From contig OZ287694.1 of assembly GCA_965649825.1 (NCBI GenBank), forward strand, positions 2,263,313-2,327,312: a stretch of DNA of 64,000 bases, read 5' to 3'. Under the pieces are notes generated by a model, which ran no database searches, was not told the origin of the DNA, and saw only the letters and a list, made by a program, of their open reading frames with translations. Shown here one piece after another: positions 9,056-21,650 of the stretch. Made by a program: the position numbers and the translations under genes. Positions within the stretch are counted from its first letter, which is position 1; each line of letters begins with the position of its first letter. Origin of the DNA: Penicillus capitatus (Eukaryota; Plantae; Chlorophyta).

Positions 9056-9257
9056 CTTGATTCTGTTCATTTTTCGGAGGGTTTTCACGTTTTCGGAGTC
9101 TGCGCAAACGGAAGGTGGATGGGACCATGTCAGACAAGACTGTCACATCACCTGTAGCATATGAATACATGGATGTGAACGCATGTGTACCTATGCTCTG
9201 TAAAAACGTGAAGCTTTCCTCTGACAAGTGTCTACTGACGTTATCATGAAGTCAGCG

Positions 9258-9500
9258 TGTCGCCGAGCGATGTGATGTTGTCTTGTTCTGTGGGGGTCAG
9301 CTGTGCGCAGGGGCGCTGCATGTCTTGTCGACTGTGTCTTGGGACGCTCTTCTCTGGCTCAGGTGGCGCGATGACTCACTTCTTCGTGGAGTCGCATCAC
9401 CAGGGCGGTGTAAAAGGGGGGTATGCACGGACTTTTGCCTTACGATTGTTGTAAGACTTATCGTGTCGCTGCATCCTGGCGGATCACGACGCGGAGCACA
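9258..9500 (+). mobile_element. Degenerate family-2 LTR (copy D)
   Basis: Starts TGTCGCCGAGCGATGTGA; body similar to copy A; TGACTCA site; TGTAA at 9450; 3' end and TSD unresolved. Confidence 0.6.
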
Positions 9501-11552
9501 ACGTTCAACGCGCGACTATTCTCTACGCGCCTCTCTACCCTACCTTCGAAGACCGCCTTAACCGTTTCCGTCAGTCAGAGGCCTCCGAGTTACAACAGCG
9601 AGGTGCTGAGCGGGTCATAGACAACGCGGAAATCTACGGTTCGCAGCGAAGCTCAGAAGACGCCAGTGTCGACCTAGTCGCGCCGCTTCCAGAGGACATT
9701 CCTTCCCCCGGACCCCCAGACGCCACGATGGTGACTAGGCCTCCGGGAAGGGCATTACGTGACACAGCGGTTCTTGGCTGATTGAGACATCTTTGCAGAG
9801 AGAGCAATCACCCAGACGTTTTCAGAACCACCTCTCCGTCTGACCTCTCTGCAGGACATGCCTCGAGTCATCCATCGAAAAGGACTGACGTTTCAATGTT
9901 TCCTTTGCCTCAATCATGAAGCCTCCGACTCTGAGAGCGTTTGCAAGTTAAACAAGCATGGGCATGGAGTTCGAGGAAAAGTCATCCACAAGAGAAAGGT
10001 ACAGGTGTGGCCATGCACCCTGAAGAGCAACAGAATTCACCTATACACCGACTTGGCCTAGACTGAGTGTTGGTCCGTTGGCTGATCAAGCGAAGAAGTC
10101 TTTGGCGACGGTTTGAAGGCCGTCAGGGCTGCTCGCTTGAACGTGAAGAAGCACTCAGCGACGGTTAAGAGAGCACTCGAGAGGGTCGAGAAATGACCGA
10201 AGGAGGGTGAAAGACGAGTCTGCAATAAGACGTGAAAGTCGTGAATTGGCAAGTATCCAGAGTTCGAGTCTGAGTGGCGTGTATTCTCAGAATGATCAGA
10301 AAAACGTCACTGTCATCTGTGAGCACTTAGACATTCGCCAGAAGTCTCAGAAACTGGCAGAACTCGATGATTGATGAGGACGCGGCGACGTTGAGTCTAA
10401 CGCTGCAAATGACCTGCGAGGTGCAAGCGACGTCGAGTTCTAAGCCGAAAGTCCGAGGCGACGGACGACGCTGTAACCCTGAGTGTTCGGCCTGAATTAC
10501 AGAAAACGCGAGGAAAGCGTGGCAGTCAGCTGACGTGACGAAATGGACAGTAAACGCGCTGAGAAGAAGACGCAGCATGTGGTAAAAGCCTGAAGATGTA
10601 GCGTCGCAGTGAGGCGAAGACATGAAATCAAGGTGTCGCCAGGAGGCGACGTAAGACGCGAATTTAGTGTGTGTAACTAAGAAAAACGCAAATGAAACGG
10701 AGAACATGGGCATATAAAATAAGAACTTTAGGGGCAAGTTTCGGTTTAAAAGCTTTCGGTGTTGCGTGCAAATTCTGTCGATCGAGTCGCCTTGCGTTGT
10801 TGACGACTACAAGCGTAATCCCGCTGCCGTGCTGACGATTTTGGCCTGTTTTTCAGCGCCAATTCTGCCCCATCGTCACATAGCACTGCAGAAAACCAAC
10901 ACTGAGCATTCATTGGACGTCGAAAACGTGGTTCGATCATGCCAGTAGCAAGGGAGACGCTCCGTAGAAGGTAAGTTGTATTGCAATGAAAGACCATGTT
11001 CGCCGTATTATACTTGGCAGTGATTCCATCATGGCACAACGTCTTCTCTCGGCCGAAAACTTCAGGTATTAAACAAACAAACAAACAATACAGCTAGTAT
11101 ACGAGATACAGCAGAGTGCTCAAAACCAAGAAACTTCCGACGACGCCGACTCCTTTGCAAACGCGCCAAGACGTGACCCATAAACTGGAGGAGATCCGCG
11201 AATCCCATCCACATTTAGTCGATGGCGCATGTCCTTTGTTTTCGATTACCGAACGAAAACAGCAGGCGAGTATAGACAACACCCATAATTCTTACGCAAG
11301 GAGATTGTGATGCCGAGCGAAAGTCGACGAAGCGTCCACCTAGGCAGTTTCCTCGCGATGGCCGAAACGTGACGTGTCCATGCGCAATGAAGAACATGGA
11401 TAGGCAATGACGTCATTATACCTTATGGGCACGTGAATCGTCTGATACGGTGCATTCGACCGCTACCTGTTATGTGTTTCCGTCGCAAGTCCTCTGCCTG
11501 TCGTTTCAAGTTCTCTCGCTTGTTCTCCAGCGAACCTTCAAACTCAACTGCC

Positions 11553-14500
11553 ATGCAATTCGCCGTCGTCATCTTTCTCGCACTCCTAAGTAATAGTCGG
11601 AGCGTCGGTGTCAAAGAGAACGGTGTGGCGAACAGTCTCTTGAGCAAAGGTTGGTATGCGAGATATGCCGTATCGTTTGCATGGACTCGTTAACTGAGAT
11701 CCACTTTCTTCCTTTGCCCCATCTCTTCAGTCGTGACGGACACCGCTAACCAAGTATCTGAAACGCGTTCCGTGTATTCTATCTAGGCCGTCATTTAACT
11801 CAAAATGCTGTCAATGGAACTCGAGTCCCTTCCGGTGTGTCGTTAAGGGAGGCGCTCAGAAATCTGCGTCCATATGAAACCATCGTCCTAGAGAACAGAA
11901 GCTACACGCTGAGGAGAAGACTGACGGTGGATGTGCGCGACGTCACACTCCTTGGCAACGCAGGAGGCCGAACAGTCATAACTTGTCCCTCCGACGACAG
12001 CGCCCTCTTCATACGGTTCGACAACTCAGACACGCACTCAGTCACTCCACTTGACTCTTGGCGTTGTTTCTGAACGATAGGTCGTCGAATGTGACGATCT
12101 CGGACATCACCTTCCAAGACTGTCGAGATGTTTCGGCCGTGGTGGTGGAGAACGATCCCGATGATGCTTCCAGGACAACCAGCGTGGTGTTCGAGAGAGT
12201 GTCATTCATAAACAACACTCAGGGAGTGAAGACGCGGAGAGGGTTGTTCGCCTTCGAACGGTCAATGGGAACACTGACCATCTACCCATGCTCTTCCATG
12301 GAGTGCAGTGGACCGATGCCGGAGGTGGAGGTTCGGCATTCGACATTCGAGGACAACGAGGCTGACCAAGGCGGAGGCATTCTCTGTGCCAGCTGCAAGC
12401 TGCGGATCATGAACTCCACGTTCAGCAGCAACCGGGCTCTGTCCAATGGAGGAGCCGTCTTTGCGAGAGATGCAGGAACGGTGGTGGACATCGTCGACTC
12501 CTCCTTCGTCGACAACTCAGTGACGCAACATCGCAGACAGGACGAAATTAAACGCAGCGACGGCCGTCCGATAGAGCTCGTGAATCACTTTACTTTCAAT
12601 TTTCCTGCGGAAGGAGGTGGCGCCCTTTTCATAAACTCCGTTGCAAATCTCTCAGTGGCTGGGTCTTCGTTTCTGGGCAACCAGGCCCCAAGTGGAGGTG
12701 CGATGCGATCTGTCATTGATGTTCGCTTTTTCTCGAGCACGAACAGATCCTCCGTGCTCGTTGTAAACAGCACGTTCGAGCAGAACCACGCCAGTATTCC
12801 GGATTCAATGCCAGTCCAGTATGACGAGGACAGCATCGGAGGCGCAGTCTACTTCGTATGCAGTGCAGAGAACTTGGACGAATGGAGGTTCGACAACTGC
12901 ACCTTCAGAAACAACACGGCGCGTCACGGAGGCGCTCTCCACGTGGTCGCACTTCAGCAGAACACGCTGACAATGGACGACTGTCGCTTCGAAGATAATC
13001 AAGCAGAGGCAGCAGGAGGAGCTGTGATCCTGAGGAACACTGGCGCGTTCGAGACCAACGCCTCTACCTGGTACAGAAATGTGGCGAATCTTGGCGGCGG
13101 CATTTTGATAACAAACGGGGCACTCTTCAGAACACGGGGTTTAGAGGTTCACAGTGCCGGACGCATTGGCAGATCCAACGTGTTTCGCGAAAACAGTGCC
13201 GTCTACGGAGGAGGCATCATGTGTGCTGAGTGCGGAGAGATGAAGCTGCTCGATGCCAACATCACCTTCAATGTTGCGAGTGATTCTGGCGGTGGTCTCT
13301 ACGTTCTGGATGCCCCAGATGCGATATACATATACCAGTCTCTGTTCGCCAGCAACATAGCGTATCGAGGGGGTGGCATCGCTCTCAGATCTGCTGCCTT
13401 CGTGTCCTTCAGGGTCATCGAAGCATTCTACTCGAACATCCTCGTGAACAATACGGCCGTCGCCGGAGGTGGTCTATTTGTAGAGGCAAATCGACAGCGG
13501 CAAAACAGGCTCTCAGTACGTCTGTTGACTTTAAGTTACCTGCTGCAAAATACTTGTGTCGCTCGTAGATCGCGAGAACCCGGTTCGAACGGAACCAAGC
13601 TGTGCGAGTGGAGGACCTAAAGTTTTCTTTTGCCAGAGGCCAATCAGCTACAGCAAACAACAGACGCGGGAGATCGCTGCTCCAGCAGACTGCACGGTCG
13701 GACAGTCTGTCATCGACTGCTTCATCATCTTCCACCTGCGGAGAGGGAGGCGGGGGCGGCATGTGTCTGGTATACAGCGTTCTGCCAGAGAGCTCGATCG
13801 GTGACGTTCTTCTGACGGATGTGGTTTTCGATGGCAACGTTGCTTCCATAGGAGGTATGCCTGTTCGCAGACCGAATCCATTCGTCGAGGCATCCTTCCA
13901 GGCGGTGCCTCTGTGCAAGTGGCCGGAGACGGCTGGAACCAGCATCGCCTGAGGAACTGTCCGGAGATCCGACCAATAACGGAACCCTGTCGGCTATTTC
14001 GTCTGATGAACATCAACACAACGGACAACGTCGCCCAGTACGCAGCGGGATGGTTTGTCTCTCATCCAGGGTCCGTTCTCGTCGGCTGCCCCTATTTCGA
14101 TCCAGAGGGATGGACAGATATGCTATCCGCATACAAGTCTGATCGGCTTTCAAGAAAGTATTGTCTGCGTTTCCAGAACAACATCGATTTGGTGACAGTC
14201 GCCGATCACACTTCCGAGTCTCCTGATCGCTCACGTGTGCTCAGGACGCGGATGCAGAGTACGGGACTAACATTGGGAGTGGCGTCCACGAATTGAAGCT
14301 GCTGAACCCCATGTCTCCAATCGTCAATCATACGGGGGGCGAGATACTGATGCTGCCACCGTGTTCCAGTACCGAGGGTTGTGCCAGGAATACGTCGGAT
14401 GGGATCAAGATCGCAGTCAAAGACGTCTTCAATCAGACAGTCACGAGAGTCATCGCCCGAGCGGGTAAGACCCCTAGCAGCGTGCGTCGCCTGAGAGAGG

Positions 14501-17129
14501 GTTTTTGGCAGAACTGAATGTGCTCTTAGAGTCAACAGATATCAGTGGAGAAACAGATTATCGGGCAATAGATGGAATTTTCAATGTGAATAATACTGTA
14601 GGAATTGGCATTGGACGAAATTCTGAGATCATTTTTCGGTATGGAGAGTTGGAGACAAACTTGACATTCTCCACCAGGAAATGCTTTCCTGGAGAGAACG
14701 AAGCGGGCTATGTCTGTCAGCCTTGTCCAGTGGATCGCTATTCCTTCGATACCTCCAGCACATGCAGAGACTGCGAGAATCATGCCAAATGCAGTGGCAG
14801 ATCCAGCCTTGTACCGATCGATGGCTATTGGCACTCGACTCCCTTCTCTCCACAGTTTCACGAATGCATCGTTAAAGAAGCTTGCGCGTATGAAAGCCGA
14901 AAGAGCGTAGGCAAGAATCGAGAGACAGCCTTGAAAGAATACTACGAAGACACCAGCAAGATATCTACTCGGATTTCTCATCTGGATGCGTATCTCTCGG
15001 GGACAGAGGCGACACCGCCTGTGTACAATGACTATTTTCAATGCTCCGACGGGTATCGTGGTATTCTGTGCGGTTCTTGCGAAGCGGGTTATTGGCATTT
15101 TGCTGGAGGCGAATGTCTCAAGTGCCCAAGATATCGAGTATGGTCGGTCATACTGACGCTCTTGGCAGCATCGATCGCATTTGTATTGCTGGCTGTTAAC
15201 ATATTCTTGACGTTCAGTTCGGCAAGAAAGCAGATCTGGGTCGCTATGGCAAAGACAAGACAAGCTCAGCAAGCCTCGTCCTCATGCAATGCCGATGGGC
15301 AGGCAGACTTCAGCAGCCGTCCAGATCAGAGCAGAAGGCGCTTGACAGGAATCACCCGGTTAAAACTCAGTATGGCTTAGGTGTTACGCTTCTCTATGAC
15401 TGTGACGTCGCTTTGGCTCTTAGGACGACGACCAATGTCGCCCACACAGGGAAGGAAGCAACGCGATCCCTTAATTACCGATCACATCGTTGCCGTCGAA
15501 AAACTGACAGAAATCGCCAAGGTTCACAATCTTTCTTTTATCAGCTATGTGCATCCTTTCTTCCATCCTGCAGATTCTGGTCAACTATGTGCAAGTAACG
15601 ACTTTGGGGTTGGGTATTAACACGAAGTGGCCGTCAATCATCAAACAGTTTCTCTCATGCCTGAGTCATTTCTGCGGAGGCATCCTCAGTTCTGTGCTAA
15701 CGGCGATGTGTCTATAGATTTCCTGGTGGCGACAACGAACGGAACATACTACGCCCCTCTCGAGTGTACTCTCGAATCGAAAGTCCAGAACGGAGAAGAA
15801 GGACCCGATACGATCAAGGCCCTCTGGTTACGCGTCTCCTTTCCATTGTTTTTCTGGTCAGTGATCATCATCAGCCGACCACTGTTCCGTTGGTGTCTCC
15901 ATCGGCCCCAGCACAAAATTCCGGAAGGATCGAGAAGAATGCGTACCTGGGACACAGACGACGGACCAGCGACCGATGACAACGGCGACGTGCCCGGAAC
16001 CACTTACCTCATTGTTGTGACGCTCGTCACCTTGTATTTTTCTTTCATCGACTTTGCATCCGAGTTTATGAAGGCAGTGAACTGCATCAGAGTGGACAAC
16101 AACGCATCGGATCCACCAAACACGTACGATCGTTATGCCTTGGAGACGGGTTTTGTCTGGAGAGAAGACACCAGTCTCCATTGCTTTAGAGGACGTCACA
16201 TCGCCACTGGGATCTTCGGAATCTTCGGTCTGTGTGTTCTCGCCATGCTCGTCGGTCTGATGGTCGCTTGGATGTGGATAAATCAGAAGAGAGTCATGAC
16301 CAAAGATCAGCCGAACAAGACAGATCGGTCTGTAACGGAAGATCCCAATTTCATTGCCCGCTACGGCTTTATCTACCAAGGTTACAGGCAGGAAGGTCTG
16401 GCCATGTGCTGGGAAGCGGTCATCACATTGAGAAAGGGACTTGTCGTGGCAGCTGTTGTCTTCGCCTCGAGGAAGGGACCAAACCTTCAAGCTGCTCTGG
16501 GATTGGGAGTCCTCATCGTTGCCGTGACGATGCATTGGCTAGTTATGCCTTACATGGTGCACGAACCAGCACACCCCAACGTCCCAAACGACGCCGAGAG
16601 TTTGTACGACAGCGCAGACAACGGCAGCTCTTCAGCGCTCCACGACAACGAGCCGTCTCGGACGCACTCTGCTTCCCTGTACGATCGATGGGTGAAGTGG
16701 CAGAATCGCATCTCGCACAACGCGCTGGAAGCTGGATCGCTGCTCATGTCGATCTCGATTTTCTATTCCGCCGTTGTATTTGGAGATTCTGGAACAACGG
16801 GAGCTGGAAAGGCGACGCTGGCAACGGCCGTTTTTACTCTCAACCTGTTGTATTTTGTCTACGTTCTCTATCGCCTCTACGCAGGGCTGCAATTGGCTCT
16901 GGACATGCATTTTATATTCATAGAGTCTTCTCCTGACTTTGCCGAGCTGGAGATCACGTTTCCTAAAGGAGGGGGGCTGCTGGCCCTTATCAGCAAGCTT
17001 GTTGCTGCTCTTAGATTCCAACGCCACCATGGTGATCTGGTACAGAAGCACACCATGCGTGAGTTTTCTGAGGCCGATCAACGCACAACGGAAATGGAGT
17101 ATGGAATCCAAATGACAAGGCGAGAATGA
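11553..17129 (+). CDS. Large multi-exon surface protein: signal peptide, parallel beta-helix (Pmp-like GGA[IVL]/FxxN) repeats, Cys-rich region, multi-pass TM C-terminus
   Basis: MQFAVVIFLALL leader; repeated FxxNxAxxGGA motifs (12058-13520); CQPCP/CSDGYRGILCGSC Cys-rich block; several hydrophobic helices (15200-16950). Exon boundaries only partly resolved. Confidence 0.8.
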
Positions 17130-17225
17130 ACGCAAACATATACCGCTTAGCACACGCACAATTTGGATTGGGTTCTTGTTGACAACTGTTTGTGTAACAC
17201 GCTCCGTTATGTGTTAGGATATTGT

Positions 17226-20200
17226 CTATCCACAGCACAGATGTGCGCTTTCCTCAATCCTTTGAGAGAACACGGCAGAGCTCTTGTTGACAGTTTGAGT
17301 CCCAATGATTCCATCCACACAGACGGTAGGGCGAGGGAAGTGTTTTTTGGCGAGGTCAAGGCATAGAGACATTGATTGGTCTTCCCGAATTCGATGTTTG
17401 TCGGTTATGCTGGGGCTGAAGAGATCCCTGTCCGGTGCCTGGCTCTGAGTCGAGAAAGCCGTTTCCTTCTGCAGATAGGCTTTGATCAGATGCATGACTT
17501 CGCTTCTGATACTCTCGGCTTGGTGCAATGCTTGCCATGCGCTCTGCAGTCGTGTTAAGGAAGAAAGCTGCTGTTCCTTATTCTGACGCTTCATGATTTT
17601 CTGCAGACGACGGAAAACCTCTCTCTCATCCGTCACGACCCTTGGCTTCGATGTGTACCAGACTCGTACAGGAACACTGATCGCCAGCTGGCAAACGCAC
17701 CAGGGCGATGCTCGTCTTTCCAGAGACATCCGCCTCGACACGTGCTTGAGTGTTTTGTCGACCATAGGGTTAATTAATTAATTGGCGGTGCTTACATCCC
17801 CTTTTTGGAAACATCAGAGGAGGGGTCGAGACCGAGTTTTCGTACATTAGTGTTCCGAGTTCACAATGTTAGCACCATTTTCTCCCATCAGAATTCCAAT
17901 CTTGGGCTATTTTGTCTAGGAATGCCGCCAAGGAGTGAGGGGCGTTCCATAGGGGTTGAGATTGATCTTCTGCTTGTGACGCGTTCTGGAATGTCAGGCG
18001 GTCATGCACATACCGAGAGCAAGAATAGAGTAGGTGATCTCTATCCTCGTTTCCTTGGCCGCATGCGCAGGTGGCTTCTGTGTCTGAGAGGTTGAATCTC
18101 CTCAGATACCCCTTCGAGGGGAAGTGGTTGGCGAGGAATTGGTTGATCCTGGAGGCTTGACTTCGTTGAAGTCTTCGTGACGGGAAGTGTCCTTTTCCTA
18201 CTGGTGGGTGCAGGTCGAGTACCGCCCTTCCTTTGTCTGCGTTCTTCAGTAACTCTTGGGCCTGACTGTTGAGGAAGAAGCTGATGTGTCTTTTACACCA
18301 GCCTAAATCTGTATAGGTAGCGTTTCTCAGCTTCGACCAGTCTTTGGTTAGGAGTTGCTCTGCAGCTTGCTTTGCCGCTTGGTAAGGGCTTCTGCCTGCT
18401 TTCCAGTTCTGCGTGTACCAGTTCACTCGGTTGCCGGCTAGACACCAGTTGATCCACCAGGTTTGGATGTGGTGCATGTCTTCTGTCACGTTGAATGGGG
18501 ACGTGAGTTCCTTCTTGTACGTCTTTAGCCTGGTTATGATTCCGAGGGACTGTGGCAGAGTCTCAGAGTGGAGAAGGCCGCTCAGAGCGAGGAGAGCTTC
18601 CCGGAGGCTCAGGATCACCGCCGCTCGTACTGATTGGTGCGGTGTTACTATGATACCACTTCCCGTTCGTTCTGCTGGCCCTGTCAGTTGCCAAACCACG
18701 AGAGTTCTTCTTCCTGAGGCAGAAGGCTGTTCAGCTTCCGCGATTGCAAGGATCCAGGTTGGTCTGGGGTCTTGTGCGTCTTCCTCTGATTCCAGTGCCG
18801 CTAGCTGTTCGGGGGGAAAGCTGCAGAGACGTCGTGTTGGGAGGTTGATGGCAGAGCCGTTCGGGAGGCTGCGGTGCCATTGTCTTGCTGTGATGTGCCG
18901 ACGGTGAGTCGCAGGGCTGTGGTCTTCCAGAGACACCAAATCTGATATCGTATGTGGGGTCTTCCCTTTGTCTCGTCGCAGGTGATCATAGAGGATTTTC
19001 CGGCGTATCTCCATTTGTGCTGGGAGAAGACCTGCAAGCGCATAGACCGCTTCGTACGAAGTCGTTCTGAGGCATCCCGTGATGAGAAGTCCTGCTTGTC
19101 TGATCGTGCGGTTGATGATGAGCAAGTGGTAGGCAGAGTCTTGCACCTTGCTCAGCACTTCAGCTCCGTAGTATAGGGCAGGTTCCAGTGCCTTCGTGGT
19201 GAGTTGCCACATGGCTTCGGGGGCGAAGCCCCATGTCTTCGAGGAAAGTCTTTTGATGAGTGCCAGGCGTTCCCGTGTGCGTTGTTGTGCGTGACGGAGG
19301 TGGGGCTTCCATGAGAGCCGTTCGTCGAGGATGACACCCAGGTATCTGCAGCTTTGCACGGTTTCAAGACGGGTTGGTCCGATCTGAAGCGGAAGCATGG
19401 CTGTCCTTCGTGTCTTGTGGAAGCGGATGGTGAGGCACTTCGATTCCGAAAACTGCATTCCTGCCTCTTCACTCCACCTAACGAGATGATTGAGAGCTTC
19501 CTGTGTACGGTTCTGAGCTGCTTCTTCAGAGTAGGCGCTACACAACAAGAGTATGTCGTCAGCATACGCTTGAACGTGAACACCGTTCCCCTTCGGTATC
19601 TGTAGGGCTGCGTTGACTCCTAGGATGAACAGCAGAGGGCTTAATGGGGAGCCCTGCGGGACTCCAGCCTGGGTTGTTGTTGAGTGGCTTCGTCCGTCAA
19701 TTTGCAACTCTGCCGTGCGGTGTTTGAGAAAATCCTGGCACCAGCGTCTCAAGTACAGCGGGGCTTCCATTCGGTTGAGTGTGTCCACGAGGTACGGCCT
19801 GCTGATGGTGTCAAAAGCTGCCTTGAGATCCAGAGTCACCCCATAGACAACAGAGCCTGTTTCCAGCTGGCTTTCAATCCAATCTGTGGCCGTAAGAAGC
19901 GCATCTGTCGTGCTCCGTGTTGGGCGGAATCCGAACTGGTTTGGGTCGAGTTTGTGGTTGTGTTCTGCCCAGTATTTAAGGCGGTTTGCTACCAGCTTTT
20001 CCATGCCTTTCGCGATGGTGTTGAGGAGGCTGATCGGCCTCAGCTTGGAGACTTCATTGCTGGGGTTAGTTCCCTTGTTCAGCGCGATAACCTGTGAGTG
20101 TTTCCAGTGTCTGGGACAGGAACCGAGTCTGAAGCTGGCGGTGGCCATTTGCTTGAGATGCGGGCCCAGGAGGCTCATGGTGCGTCTATATAGCGCAGTA

Positions 20201-21650
20201 GGGATTCCGTCCGCTCCCGGAGCCGCAAGAGAGCGGCCGGTGCAGAAGGCTTTCCAGGCTTCGAGCTCTGAGACAATCGGAGGAAGGGCATTGTTCATGG
20301 GGCGAACTGGTCCTGTTGTTCTGTCCTCATCGTCCTGGAGGCATGTCCCTGCGGAGGGGAAGAATTTCCTTTGAAGGGCCTCGGCGATGTCTTTTGAGTC
20401 GAGGAGCAAGGTTCCGCTCGGATCCGTGACAAAGTCCAGTGCTGGGCGGGGCTGGGCTTGAGAAACTTTCTTGAAGGTTTGCCAAAGTTCTGAGTGTGTC
20501 TGTGAGTTCGACTCCAAGAATTCCCTCCATGCCTCGGTCTTGGCTTGTTTGATACCTTGTTTAAGCGTGAATCTGGCTTCTGCAACTTGGTTGTTCAAGA
20601 TGTCCGGGCTCCATCCGTATCGTCTTCGGTGATGCTGTCGCCTTCTAATCGCACGTTTGAGTGCCCTGTATTGGATATCAAGCTCGGCCGACCACCAGTG
20701 TTTCCTTGGCTTTCTCGCGCCTGTCCGGGGAACGTGCGGCCGTGCAACTTCCTGCAGAAGAGCTGTGAATGCTTCTGTCTGACGCTCGAAAGCTGCTCCC
20801 GTGCTTAGTGTTGACCAGATTTCCGGACCAGGGAAGTCCGACAGCTCTTGCTCAAGAGAGTCGTGTATGGCTGGCCAGTCTGCTCTGCGCCAGTTCGGGC
20901 GGGTTGCGTCCTTGGGGAGAGCGGCATGGTGCCATTGTATCGTCTCGACTATGTGGTGATCCGAGAGTGAGACCAGGTCAGTTCTGACCGACCAGGTGCA
21001 CTGTTCACTCATGCCTTCGGAACACATGGTGAGGTCGATCCAACTGGAGCCCTGCGTGGAGGCGAAGGTGGGCGGGCAGGGAAATCGATTAAGAATCGAG
21101 AGGTGATAGTCGTCACACAGGTCCAGGATTTTGTCTGCCTTGTTGGTTGTCGGCTCGTCCTCAGGGCCCCACTGCGGATGGCGGGAATTCGACCATAGGG
21201 TTGTGATAGCACAGAATCCCACATAGAGCAGGACGATCCTGACGCCGCAGGCACTTTCGTCGTAGCTCCAAACGATCTCCACGACGATGTCTCGAAGCAG
21301 TGGCATGATTCGATGATCGACGGACGCCTTCGAGGCATTCACAGACACAGAGCGCCACGCCTTGAAAGACGGCGAAGCGTTTCTCGAGCGCCGCTCCTCC
21401 AGTCGTGTCTTCTCGGCGAGACGCATCCGCTTCACGTATCTCCCCTTGAGGATCCTTACCATGTAAGGTGCTTACGCTTGCTCGAGGATTCCCTGGACGT
21501 CAGAACGCGACACTCTCGTATCTCTGCATTCAGCTTCTCGCTGTCGCGATGAAACTGCTCCTCGACGCTGAGTCTCCTGGTTTCGAGATGCTTTCTGTCT
21601 TCACGCCCACGCCCGAACACGCGTTGCCACATCGACGTGTGCCAACCATC
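17226..21650 (-). CDS. Hypothetical host gene interrupted by the LINE (upstream exons ~21243-21650, downstream exon 17226-17744)
   Basis: GC3-rich frame MPLLRDIVVEIVWSYDESACG upstream and HVSRR...REVFRRLQKIMKRQ downstream join in phase across a reconstructed 68-nt GT-AG intron. No family recognised. Confidence 0.4.
17772..21188 (-). mobile_element. 5'-truncated non-LTR retrotransposon (APE-type LINE, I/Tad1/R1-like), 3,417 bp
   Basis: 14-bp TSD TCGACCATAGGGTT (17758-17771, 21189-21202); (AATT)n 3' tail; ORF begins mid-endonuclease (NSRHPQWG...SWIDLT). Confidence 0.93.
17869..21188 (-). CDS. LINE ORF2 remnant: partial APE endonuclease, reverse transcriptase, degenerate RNase H-like region, C-terminal CCHC
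   Basis: PGADGI, LRPISLL, QFGFR, DLKAAFD, GVPQGSPLSPLLF, YADD and YLGV motifs; CACG...DRDHLLYSC knuckle; no internal stops. Confidence 0.95.

Larger units (their letters stand above)
7235..9226 (+). mobile_element. Intact non-autonomous LTR retroelement (TR-GAG-like), 1,992 bp, no pol
   Basis: Identical 99-bp LTRs at 7235-7333 and 9128-9226 (TGTCAGA...TCTGACA); PBS TGGTTTCGGAGC directly after the 5' LTR; purine tract GGAAGGTGGATGGGA before the 3' LTR; TSD AGTGT (7230-7234, 9227-9231). Confidence 0.95.

Noticed and set aside
9560-10200. Coding-looking stretches downstream of LTR copy D (RFRQSEASELQQRGAERV...)
   Set aside because: No start codon, no consistent splice model and no recognisable family.
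17869-21462. The 1,197-aa ORF as a complete LINE ORF2
   Set aside because: The TSD places the LINE 5' end at 21188. The first ~90 codons are host sequence and most of the endonuclease and all of ORF1 are missing.
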